DNA of 64,000 nt, taken from contig CAXXYE010000009.1 of NCBI GenBank assembly GCA_963674865.2, positions 192,001 to 256,000 on the forward strand, in the 5' to 3' direction. Positions 29,292 to 38,250 of this stretch are shown here, piece after piece. Position 1 is the stretch's first letter, and every line of letters starts with the position of its first letter. The notes beneath the pieces are model-generated. The model saw only the letters and a program-made list of their open reading frames with translations, did not search any database and was not told the origin of the DNA. The translations under genes and the position numbers were made by a program. The DNA is from Candidatus Hydrogenedentota bacterium (GTDB lineage: Bacteria; Hydrogenedentota; Hydrogenedentia; Hydrogenedentales; SLHB01).

Positions 29292-30305
29292 TCAATGGCC
29301 GTCGAGTATCTCCGCTACCTGAACCGCGTTTAATGCCGCGCCTTTGAGTAGATTGTCGGATACTACCCACATATCCAACGCACTCGCGTGTGAAATGTCT
29401 TCGCGGATACGGCCGACGAATGTATCATACTTCCCGGCAGCATTACTCGCGAGAGGATATACCTGTGCGTCAGGATCATCCTCGACCGTTATACCGGGAG
29501 CATTGCGGAGAATATCACGCGCTTCTTGAGCGGTCAGCTTGCGCTCTGTCTCGATATTGACGCACTCGCTGTGTCCAGTGTGAACCGGAACGCGGACGGT
29601 CGTAGCCGTGACGGCAATTGAGTCATCCCCCATGATTTTCTTGGTTTCATTCACCATCTTCATCTCTTCAGAGGTGTAGCCATTGTCCCCGAAAGCACCG
29701 CTCTGAGGGATCTGAGGAATGCAGTTGAAAGCAATCTGATGAGGAAAGATGACTGATTTAGGCGCTTCATTGGCCAACACCGCTCGTGTCTGTGCCATGA
29801 GTTCGTCCAGCGCCTTGATTCCCGCGCCCGACACCGCTTGGTAGGTAGAGACCACAACGCGTCGGATGGTTGCCGCATCATGGAGAGGCTTGAGGACAAC
29901 CACCATCTGGATGGTCGAGCAGTTTGGATTGGCTATGATGCCCTTATGCCAGCTCACGTCGCCCGGGTTGACCTCAGGTACCACGAGGGGCACCTCGGGA
30001 TCCATGCGCCATGCGCTCGAATTGTCCACGACGACACAGCCATCGGCGGCCGCACAAGGCGCGAACTTCTTGCTCGTGCTTCCGCCGGCGCTGAACAGAG
30101 CTATTTCGACGCCCTTGAAGGAGTTTTCGTCAAGGACTTCAACCGGTAGGGTCTCACCGCGAAACGTGAGCGTGCGCCCTCTAGAGCGCTCCGATGCCAG
30201 CAGCTTGATGGACTTGATGGGGAATTCCCGTTCTTCAAGGACCTGCAGCATACGGCTGCCCACTAGACCTGTCGCCCCAGCGACTGCCACCGATTTAGGG
30301 GTCAT
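29292..30305 (-). CDS. asd: Aspartate-semialdehyde dehydrogenase
   Basis: GATGLVG, VDNSSAWR, ANPNCST, RVPVHTGHSE, DNLLKGAALN. Confidence 0.96.
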   Translation of the reverse strand: MTPKSVAVAGATGLVGSRMLQVLEEREFPIKSIKLLASERSRGRTLTFRGETLPVEVLDENSFKGVEIALFSAGGSTSKKFAPCAAADGCVVVDNSSAWRMDPEVPLVVPEVNPGDVSWHKGIIANPNCSTIQMVVVLKPLHDAATIRRVVVSTYQAVSGAGIKALDELMAQTRAVLANEAPKSVIFPHQIAFNCIPQIPQSGAFGDNGYTSEEMKMVNETKKIMGDDSIAVTATTVRVPVHTGHSECVNIETERKLTAQEARDILRNAPGITVEDDPDAQVYPLASNAAGKYDTFVGRIREDISHASALDMWVVSDNLLKGAALNAVQVAEILDGH

Positions 30306-30408
30306 CGTAGAAACTCCTTCATTGAGAGCGGCCACAGCATGGCCTGCATACGTGTATCAAGATATGTATTGGACGAGGAATATCAACGCTATCGAGTTGG
30401 GCGTAGCG

Positions 30409-30729
30409 TTATGCGCTGGCGCCGTCCAGCGCGCTGACAAGCTGCTTCTTCGCGGTGACGCCTACGAAACGCGTACTCTCTTGGCCGTCCTTGAAAATGA
30501 TCAGCGTAGGAATGCTTGCGACGCCGAACTTCTGGGCGATATCGCCAGCCGTATCCACGTTGACCTTTGCAATGGTTGCCTTGTCTTGGTAATCATCGAC
30601 GAGTTCGTCGAGGATGGGCGTCATCATGCGGCAGGGGCCGCACCATTCAGCCCAAAAATCGACGAGGGCTACGCCCGTGCCGATAGTCGTGTCAAAATTG
30701 TCCGTTGTCAGTTCGATAGCCTTGCTCAT
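30409..30729 (-). CDS. trxA: Thioredoxin
   Basis: DFWAEWCGPC, SIPT. Confidence 0.95.
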   Translation of the reverse strand: MSKAIELTTDNFDTTIGTGVALVDFWAEWCGPCRMMTPILDELVDDYQDKATIAKVNVDTAGDIAQKFGVASIPTLIIFKDGQESTRFVGVTAKKQLVSALDGASA

Positions 30730-31069
30730 CAAACAATCTCCTCGATAGTGAGCAGGTTAATGCACACGGAAAAGAAGCTTCAATACATGACGATGTGAAC
30801 GCGCCATACAGCCGGGGAATTATACTCAAGGGCCCGGCACGGTGCAAAAACGAGCGATGGGCCGCATCGCCTGACAGGCCGGTAATGGCGCGTGCAGGTT
30901 TGTCAATCGTGCTGCTCGCCGGAATACGGACGGCGGAAGTAGGCACGGCCTATGGCCTTCCTTAAGGCTCCAGATGCGACTCGACCTCTGGTAGGTGTAA
31001 TATGCGCGTTTGAATAAGTAATGCCGGCAGAAAGCACGCTGTGAGCAGATCAAGGGAGAAAGCAAGGTA

Positions 31070-33232
31070 ATGAGCCGTTTTTGTGATCGCGTCAACTTGT
31101 TTCTTGGCACCGCGGGCGACCACGGCCAGATGTATCCTGGGGCCGAAATGCCCTTCGGATTGGTGAAACTTGGGCCCGATACGTTTCCCGGCGCCGTAAC
31201 GGGCAGCGCCCATGCCGGATACGACTATGACGACAAGCGTATCCTTGGCTTCTCGCACCTCCGGTTCAGCGGCGTAGGCTGCAACGGAGTCGGGGGCAAC
31301 GTCCTCGTGATGCCCATGACGCAGCAAAGGAGTATCGACCCGTCGGAGTATGCCGCGGACTTTGACAAAGCCTCCGAACGCTGCGCGCCCGGCTACTACT
31401 CGGTGGTGCTGGAGAAGGGCCTACGTGTCGAGCTGACGGCGACCCACCACGTGGGACTTCACCGGTACATGTTTCCGGAAGGTTCAAAGCCCACGGTGCT
31501 CATCGACCTGACCAGGGGCTTTACGCCCGTGCGGGATGTTCACTGCATCGTCCGGAATGATCGAGAATTGGCCGGCGAGCTGATTTCGGAACAAATGGGC
31601 GTTCATGGCCGGTATCGCATGTTCTTCTGCGTCGAGTTCCAGCGGCCTTTCAAGACAGTGACGCTCCATCCGCGGGATGCTGTCAGGACGATGGGAGCAA
31701 AGGGGCCGGACGGAAGACTGGTGGCCATGATCGGCCTCGAGCGTTCGAGTGAACCTGCACTCATGAGAGTGGGGTGGTCCAGCATCAGCATCGAGCAGGC
31801 TAGGCGAAACATGGAGGCGGAGGTCCATGACTGGGACTTTGCGCGTGTCCGCGAAATGGCCGCCAACGCCTGGGAAGACCTTCTCGGCCGGATCGAGGTG
31901 AGCGGGGATGATGTGCGGATGAGCCAGTTCTACTCGCACATCTACAGGACATGTCTTTCGCCATTTCACATCACCAGCTCTCGTGGGACCTTCATGGGCG
32001 AAGATGGGGAGGAACACGCCGCCAACGGCTACATTCACTACAACGGGTGGTCGATGTGGGACTCCTATCGCACCAAGTTCCCGTTGCTCGCGCTGCTCGA
32101 CCGTGAGCGGATCCGGGACATGATGCATTCGTTGACGGATGCGCTGGCGCGTCGCCGGCGTCAATTGCCCGTCGAGTGTACCGACAGCATGCACGGGTTT
32201 TCCGCTATCCCAAACGTACGGCTCGAGCTTTCTTCCACGGTTCTGGTGGATGCCTTTCAGAAAGGTATCGAGCCTGTCGATCTGGACGCAACTTACGGCG
32301 TTGTAGCCAACATTGCCGACGCAGCATTCAGATCGAAGGCTGAGTCGCTCGGATACGTGCCGCGACGGCCGGATCTCACATGTGAATACGCTTATGACAA
32401 CTGGGCCGCGGCGCAGATGGCCGGGGCGCTCGGAAAGGAGGATGACTTCTCGCGCTTCAAACGCCGGGCAGCCTTCTACAAGAATACGTGGGATGCAAGC
32501 ATTGGCTTCTATCGAGCGCGGGACGAGCGCGGTGATTGGCTGGATTTCCCGGAAGATGCCACCGAGGTCGTTGAGAAATACGTCTATGAAGGGTCGATGT
32601 GGCACTGGCGCTGGGCGACGGTGCATGACATTCCAGGCGTCATCAAACTCATCGGGGGGCAGGATGTCTTCGTAAAGAAACTGGATGAGTTCTATGCAAG
32701 GGATCTGCACAACCACGGCAACCAGCCCAGTATCCATGCGCCATGGCTCTTTGCGGCCGCCGGGGCCCCGTGGCTGACGCAGAAGTGGGTCCGGAGCGTG
32801 CTGACCGGAAATCTAATCCACCGTTATGGCACCCACGGTTTCCTCGAGGAGCCGTATGTCGGCCCTGCCTATCGTAACGCTCCCGACGGCTTGATCCCGG
32901 AGATGGACGATGACGATGGATGCATGTCGGGGTGGTTCGTCTTTTCGAGTATGGGATTCTTCCCCCTCTGCGTCGGCCGCCCGATATATGCACTGGGGAC
33001 GCCGCTCTTCGAGGAGGTAACAATACATAATGCCGGCGGAAGGGATTTCGTGATCCGATCGAGCAATGGCGGCGATGACCGCTGCTATATCCAGAGTGCG
33101 CGCCTCAATGGGAAGTCCTTTGATAGGCCGTGGTTGACGCATCAGGAGATTATGACGGGCGGTTGCCTGGACCTGTCCCTTGCCCGTGATCCCAACAAGG
33201 AATGGGGAACGGACGGACCTTCGCCTTGGTAA
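31070..33232 (+). CDS. GH92-family alpha-mannosidase-like glycoside hydrolase
   Basis: YPGAEMPFG, GFSH, PGYY, SMWDSYR, YEGS, HGNQP, DDDDGCMSGW; no signal peptide. Confidence 0.85.
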   Translation: MSRFCDRVNLFLGTAGDHGQMYPGAEMPFGLVKLGPDTFPGAVTGSAHAGYDYDDKRILGFSHLRFSGVGCNGVGGNVLVMPMTQQRSIDPSEYAADFDKASERCAPGYYSVVLEKGLRVELTATHHVGLHRYMFPEGSKPTVLIDLTRGFTPVRDVHCIVRNDRELAGELISEQMGVHGRYRMFFCVEFQRPFKTVTLHPRDAVRTMGAKGPDGRLVAMIGLERSSEPALMRVGWSSISIEQARRNMEAEVHDWDFARVREMAANAWEDLLGRIEVSGDDVRMSQFYSHIYRTCLSPFHITSSRGTFMGEDGEEHAANGYIHYNGWSMWDSYRTKFPLLALLDRERIRDMMHSLTDALARRRRQLPVECTDSMHGFSAIPNVRLELSSTVLVDAFQKGIEPVDLDATYGVVANIADAAFRSKAESLGYVPRRPDLTCEYAYDNWAAAQMAGALGKEDDFSRFKRRAAFYKNTWDASIGFYRARDERGDWLDFPEDATEVVEKYVYEGSMWHWRWATVHDIPGVIKLIGGQDVFVKKLDEFYARDLHNHGNQPSIHAPWLFAAAGAPWLTQKWVRSVLTGNLIHRYGTHGFLEEPYVGPAYRNAPDGLIPEMDDDDGCMSGWFVFSSMGFFPLCVGRPIYALGTPLFEEVTIHNAGGRDFVIRSSNGGDDRCYIQSARLNGKSFDRPWLTHQEIMTGGCLDLSLARDPNKEWGTDGPSPW

Positions 33233-33326
33233 GGGATGTTCACGGGCCATTTCGGACTGGTTCGCGGGATCGTCGGCGTGGCTGATTGACTTTGGCACGG
33301 GTAGTTGGATAATCTTCCGCGCAAGC

Positions 33327-33419
<93 letters not shown>

Positions 33420-33854
33420 GTTTTCGCTTAGTATTGATACACAACGACTTATCCTACCTTTACCTGGCGACACTCCCCCGAAAAGTACTGAAAAGCATGC
33501 TATGTTTGGGCACTTGTGCCTAAGGGTGCCCAGTGCTCTGGACGTAGAATTGCTTGGGTGCCCAAAGCGGACAGGCGGGGGCGGCGGCCGAGCCTGGCGC
33601 GGACCCGGCCGCCTCGGGCTAGGAACGCACGCGGTTGCGCGTGCTGGGTAGGATTGTCAGTTTCGTATTCACTTCCCGCTGGATGCAGCAGGCGAGCCGG
33701 CCAAAACGAAAGGCGATATACACCGAATTCTCAGGTCATCCACAACTATTCAGCGAGCCATCCATCGCCCGCGAAAGGCCCCCTGGATCTTCTCCCTTGT
33801 CTCGTGTATTTACATCAGGGGGACAAGGCGGTATAGTAGGGGGGGATCAACGAA

Positions 33855-34097
33855 ATGGATATCGCCCGGGCGATCATTTCAGCCCAGGGCCTCGGAATGG
33901 TCGATGAGCTTCACACGCTCACCGATCTTACGGAACGGGTCGAAGTCATCAAACAGGAATGGGCAGCCGTCGAACGGAGCTACCACGACGTGATGACGCG
34001 CATTCAGAACGAAGTCCAGATTCGACTCAGCCGCGCCGAGCGCGACCGGCCCAACAAGCACCCCATTGACCCAAACGAACCCCCACCGGAGATGTAG
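33855..34097 (+). CDS. Hypothetical protein, 80 aa, predicted helical
   Basis: ATG after GGGGGA; promoter TTTACA(33809)-17 bp-TATAGT(33832) upstream. Confidence 0.5.
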   Translation: MDIARAIISAQGLGMVDELHTLTDLTERVEVIKQEWAAVERSYHDVMTRIQNEVQIRLSRAERDRPNKHPIDPNEPPPEM

Positions 34098-34102
34098 TGC
34101 TT

Positions 34103-34615
34103 ATGGCCAATGGATTCAAAATCGAGTGCCCGAAGTGCGGCATTGTCTATACCATCGGCACCGACCAGGCCGGAAAAACCGTGAGATGCGGAAGTTGCCG
34201 TACCACTTTCGAGGCAATACACCCTGATAGTTCGCCGCAAACACAATGGACATATGCCGCTTTCGCAGACGAGTGTGCTACCATATGCAGTCCCTGCGAC
34301 TATGAAGAAAGTGTCGCGCGCTTTTTCTTACGAATTATGCAGGTAGGATCGGTATTCGTTGGATTCTTGGCGATTGTCAGCGCCGTCGGCGAGGCTCGCT
34401 ACGGAAATGACATCTCAAGCATTTTGTGCGTTATTCGCTTCTGCGCATTTGCGTTTATCCTAGCCTACATCGCCATCCAGCTCATCTACATCAAGCTTAC
34501 CTTCGCAGGATCACAGAGGCCGAGTACCGCGTCCGGACACCCAACCCGAAGCAGCCAAACGGGGACTAAGCGTGACAAAGACATTCAAGATGCACTGTCC
34601 CAAATGTGGCATTAG
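34103..34615 (+). CDS. Zinc-ribbon (MJ0042-like) membrane protein
   Basis: CPKC-x16-CGSC then two hydrophobic segments. Confidence 0.65.
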   Translation: MANGFKIECPKCGIVYTIGTDQAGKTVRCGSCRTTFEAIHPDSSPQTQWTYAAFADECATICSPCDYEESVARFFLRIMQVGSVFVGFLAIVSAVGEARYGNDISSILCVIRFCAFAFILAYIAIQLIYIKLTFAGSQRPSTASGHPTRSSQTGTKRDKDIQDALSQMWH

Positions 34616-35018
34616 CTACATACTCGCCCAAGATCAGCTTGGAACACAGGTAAGATGTCGCGGATGTGAAGCGGACTTCTATGCGGTGAAGCCCGGACCT
34701 GATGCGCAGCACATCCCTTTTGCTGATGATGTAGCCGAATGCGCCTACTATACGTCTGGTGAGAATCACACTCAAACTGCTTTGGGCATAAGCATTGCCA
34801 TCTGGCTTCTTGGCGGCCTCCTCGCCCTCGGAATGGAAAGTCCTACCATCAGCGTGCTCTGTTTTCTCGGATTATGGCTAAACATGGGCATTATGGCCAT
34901 CATCCGGACACGCCTCGTAATCCGACGCTGCTTCAGCATTCTTCTTGAACGCATTGCCTGCGACAACCGCCAGCAGCATCTCCGCGCACCCAAGCCAGAG
35001 CAGCCGACCGGCGGCTAG
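34572..35018 (+). CDS. Zinc-ribbon (MJ0042-like) membrane protein, paralog of the preceding gene
   Basis: CPKC-x16-CRGC then two hydrophobic segments. Confidence 0.65.
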   Translation: MTKTFKMHCPKCGISYILAQDQLGTQVRCRGCEADFYAVKPGPDAQHIPFADDVAECAYYTSGENHTQTALGISIAIWLLGGLLALGMESPTISVLCFLGLWLNMGIMAIIRTRLVIRRCFSILLERIACDNRQQHLRAPKPEQPTGG

Positions 35019-35035
35019 ACGTGATTTGCCCTACC

Positions 35036-35275
35036 TTATTTGAGCGCCTCAACAAACTCGTCGCGCGTAATCCCCGTCCGACGCAGAATCGACGCCAACG
35101 TCCCCCGCGGTATCTCCCTCTTGCCGAGAACCACCGTCACCGTCCTGTACGTGCCGTCCCCCAGTTGCTTCACGTAGGTCCGGTGACTTCCCCGATTCCT
35201 ATTGTGCGCGGTCCAGCCAAGACGCTCGAGGGCATTGGTCAACTCGACACTCGAGCACAACGGCAGCGTACTCAC
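35036..35275 (-). CDS. hicA: HicA-family toxin
   Basis: 79 aa, LERLGW...RGSH, IPRGTLASIL. Confidence 0.8.
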   Translation of the reverse strand: MSTLPLCSSVELTNALERLGWTAHNRNRGSHRTYVKQLGDGTYRTVTVVLGKREIPRGTLASILRRTGITRDEFVEALK

Positions 35276-35601
35276 GCCGTAACCGGCACCCGCTCAGTCG
35301 AGGTCCACCGATCCCGCCGTATCGGCCGCGTAACGGCCACGTCCCGCTTCGGCGCCACGAACGTTTTCAGCCGCAGGCCCCGCTCACGGAAAAAGCGTGG
35401 GCGCTCCCCAAGCTCCTCGAGTGCGTTCAGATCGGTTTCAACGGCTTCCTGCAGATTCCGCACGGCCTCCTCGAACGTGTCCCCGCATGAGGCCACCTCC
35501 AATTCCCGGCAGCGCGACACGTACTGTTCGCCCTCTTGCCAGATCTCGCACGTAACCTCGACATACTTCTGCCCTTCCCGCAACGACCACACTAGCAGCA
35601 C
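35272..35601 (-). CDS. hicB: HicB-family antitoxin, short form; start uncertain
   Basis: YVSRCRELEVASCGDTFEEAVRNLQEAV; 4-bp overlap with hicA. Confidence 0.8.
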   Translation of the reverse strand: MLLVWSLREGQKYVEVTCEIWQEGEQYVSRCRELEVASCGDTFEEAVRNLQEAVETDLNALEELGERPRFFRERGLRLKTFVAPKRDVAVTRPIRRDRWTSTERVPVTA

Positions 35602-35621
35602 CTCCTGTAACCACCAGCATT

Positions 35622-36813
35622 ATGACACCTAAAGCCAACAGCGTCAAGGCACCCCTCCTACTCCCGCGACGGATGGCCCGCCGGCATCACCAGCAAATGC
35701 AGGGACGGCCGCCTCTACACCCACCTCCTCAGCCTGCGCCGGCCGGACAACTCCCGCACCCGCATCTCTTTGGCCACCACCAACCCCGCCGAGGCTGCCC
35801 GCCGCTTCGATAAGAGGATCCGCGAGCAGCTTCCCTTCGAGATGTGCGACTACGCCGAACGCACCGCCGCCGCCGGGCCCGTGGCCCTCGACAATCCCCG
35901 TATTCGCGATCTCATCGATTGGTTCTGCGACAAGTACCTGCCCAGCTCCGGCCTCAAGCCCCGCAACATCCAGAAGTACGACCAGGTGCTCCGGGACTAC
36001 CAGCTCTGGGCCCGCCGCAACCATATCGGCCGCGTCCAGCAGGTCACCTACGCGGGCGTCCTCGAATTCCTCGAGTGGCTTTCGGGTCTATCGCCAACCA
36101 AACGGGCTAAACGCCCCCGCGCCGTGAAGACCAGGGACGATATCAAAGCCATCCTTCGCGGGATGTTCCGGACCTGCGTCGATGTCGGACTCCTCACCGC
36201 GTCGCACATCGCCCGCTGGGAAACTCGCACCATCCGAAGCCCAGATCGCCCCACATTCGCCCTGACCCGTGACGAACTCGTCCGCGTTCTCGAGATCATC
36301 CATGACCAGGCCCCTTACATCGAGCCCGTCATCCGCTGGATGGTTCTCACCGGATGCGGCATATCCGACGCCGTAGACCTTAGATGGTCGCAGGTCCACG
36401 ACACCCACGTCCGTCGACGCCACATCAAGACCGAGATCATCGCCTACTCCCTTTGCGACGCCGCCCGGGCCATCCTTGACGCCGCCAAAGCCGCCGAGCC
36501 AGGGCCAAACAACGAAGTATTCACCAACGCCCGCGGGAACGTCCTCACCACCAACTCCGTCTACCGGTCCTTTGTCCGCGCCCTTCAACGCAGCGGATTT
36601 ACCGTCACCCGCGACGGCCAGGCCCTCGGACGTCGATCTCAAGACCCTCCGGCATACCTATGGCACCCATATGGCCACCTTGGCTGCCCCCCGGGCCTCC
36701 TCCAACGCCAAATGGGCCACCGCCGCCTCGAGACAACCATGCGCTACTACCATCCCGACCCCGACGCCGGCCTCGCCTTCGCCCAGAAACTCGCCGACAC
36801 CCTCCTCAAATGA
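35622..36813 (+). pseudogene. Tyrosine integrase, apparently inactivated (or sequence errors)
   Basis: MGHRRLETTMRY retained; LKTLRHTYGT is in another frame (indels near 36628 and 36680); TGxR reads TGCG; N-terminal ATG 35622 out of frame (C-run 35652-35655). Confidence 0.75.
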
Positions 36814-37105
36814 CATCCATACGTCAAACCATGGCCACATTCAAGTTGATTTCACGTGCCCAGTCCGATATCCTCCCGCGAAATACACCTGAACATCGAG
36901 GCACCGTCAGGCACCAAAATCACCAACCCCACACCAAATCGCCTTAACTGAGAATCCCGCCCTCTCCGCCAGTATTTTGTGTTGGCGGAACAAAGATGTC
37001 CCTGGCCGGGCGGTGGTTATGGATAGACGGGGGTCGCCTGGCTCACTTTGTATAGCTCCTTAGCGAACGCCGGGTCTGTGCAGGGCTCGGAGCTGGGATA
37101 GCGCC

Positions 37106-38134
37106 ATGATTGACGGCACACCGCGCATCTTGATCATCAGGTTGAGTGCGGTAGGTGATGTCGTGCGGACATTGCCGGCGCTTCACGTTTTGCGGGATGC
37201 CTATCCGGAAGCCCGCATCGACTGGGCCGTCGAGCCGAAGGCCGCGGACATCGTTAGGGGGCACCCAGGGCTTGACAGAGTGCTGGCGTTTCGGCGGGGC
37301 GAGGGGGGAATCAAGGGTTTTCAGGCCTTTCGAGCCTTTTGCCGTCAAGTCAGGGACGGCCACTACGACATCGTCTTCGATTTTCACGGCATCCTGAAGA
37401 GTGGCATCGTGGCCTGGTTCTCCCGGGCAGGCCGCCGGTTTGGCTTCGCGCCCCCGCGCGCGAAGGAATTGAGCTGGTTGTTGAGCAACCGGCGTGTCAA
37501 ACTGCCCGCCCTGCCGGTGAATCGTGTTGAAGAGAACCTTCTCCTCTGCGAGGCGCTTGTTCCCAGGCCCGAATTGGTTGAGGCCGTAATCCATGTCCCG
37601 CCAGGGGTTCAGGAGGAGGTCAACGACTTCTTCGAGACGGCGTTGGACGGGGGCAAGCTTGTCGTCGCAATGCATGTTCCGGTGGATCGGCCGGAGAAAC
37701 AATGGCCTATAGAGCACTTCGCAACGCTCGGGGATTCCCTGATAGCGGATGGCCGTTTTGAGGTGCTTTTAACTTGGGGGCCTGGGCAGTTTGGCGCGGT
37801 CGAGGAGGTCGCGGGCAGAATGCGGCGTAAGCCCATTCTTGCACCAGCTATGCCCGGACTGAAACACTATGCTTGGCTGGTGTACCGCTCGGACCTCTAT
37901 TTCGGGTGCGACACGGGCCCCATGCACATCGCGTGGGCCATGGGTACGCCCGTGGTGGCGGTGTTTGGAGCAACGGATCCCACGCGTCATGCGCCCTATC
38001 ACAGACCTCACGTGGTTCTCCAGAGCGAGGTCGTGGCCGCGCACGGGCAGCGCGAAATCGCGCCCGATGAGTGGGTATCGCCCGAGGCGGCGTACGACGC
38101 GTGCGTAGGGCTGATAGCTGAAAGGGGCAAGTAG
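37106..38134 (+). CDS. GT9 LPS heptosyltransferase-like glycosyltransferase
   Basis: ILIIRLSAVGDVV, EKQWP, GCDTGPMHIA, VFGATDP. Confidence 0.88.
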   Translation: MIDGTPRILIIRLSAVGDVVRTLPALHVLRDAYPEARIDWAVEPKAADIVRGHPGLDRVLAFRRGEGGIKGFQAFRAFCRQVRDGHYDIVFDFHGILKSGIVAWFSRAGRRFGFAPPRAKELSWLLSNRRVKLPALPVNRVEENLLLCEALVPRPELVEAVIHVPPGVQEEVNDFFETALDGGKLVVAMHVPVDRPEKQWPIEHFATLGDSLIADGRFEVLLTWGPGQFGAVEEVAGRMRRKPILAPAMPGLKHYAWLVYRSDLYFGCDTGPMHIAWAMGTPVVAVFGATDPTRHAPYHRPHVVLQSEVVAAHGQREIAPDEWVSPEAAYDACVGLIAERGK

Positions 38135-38250
38135 GCAGAGGCGAGACGGTTGTCCAACGGCAGGCTTGGCTTGGCGCAGAGAGCGAATGGTAGCTCGTGA
38201 TACGCTTGCGATGTAATGTGACACATCGGCGAATATCGCCGCGAGGGGGC

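Noticed and set aside
36620..36685. Programmed frameshifting in the integrase
   Set aside because: Would need three shifts plus an Arg-to-Gly substitution and no slippery heptamer is evident; decay or sequence error is simpler
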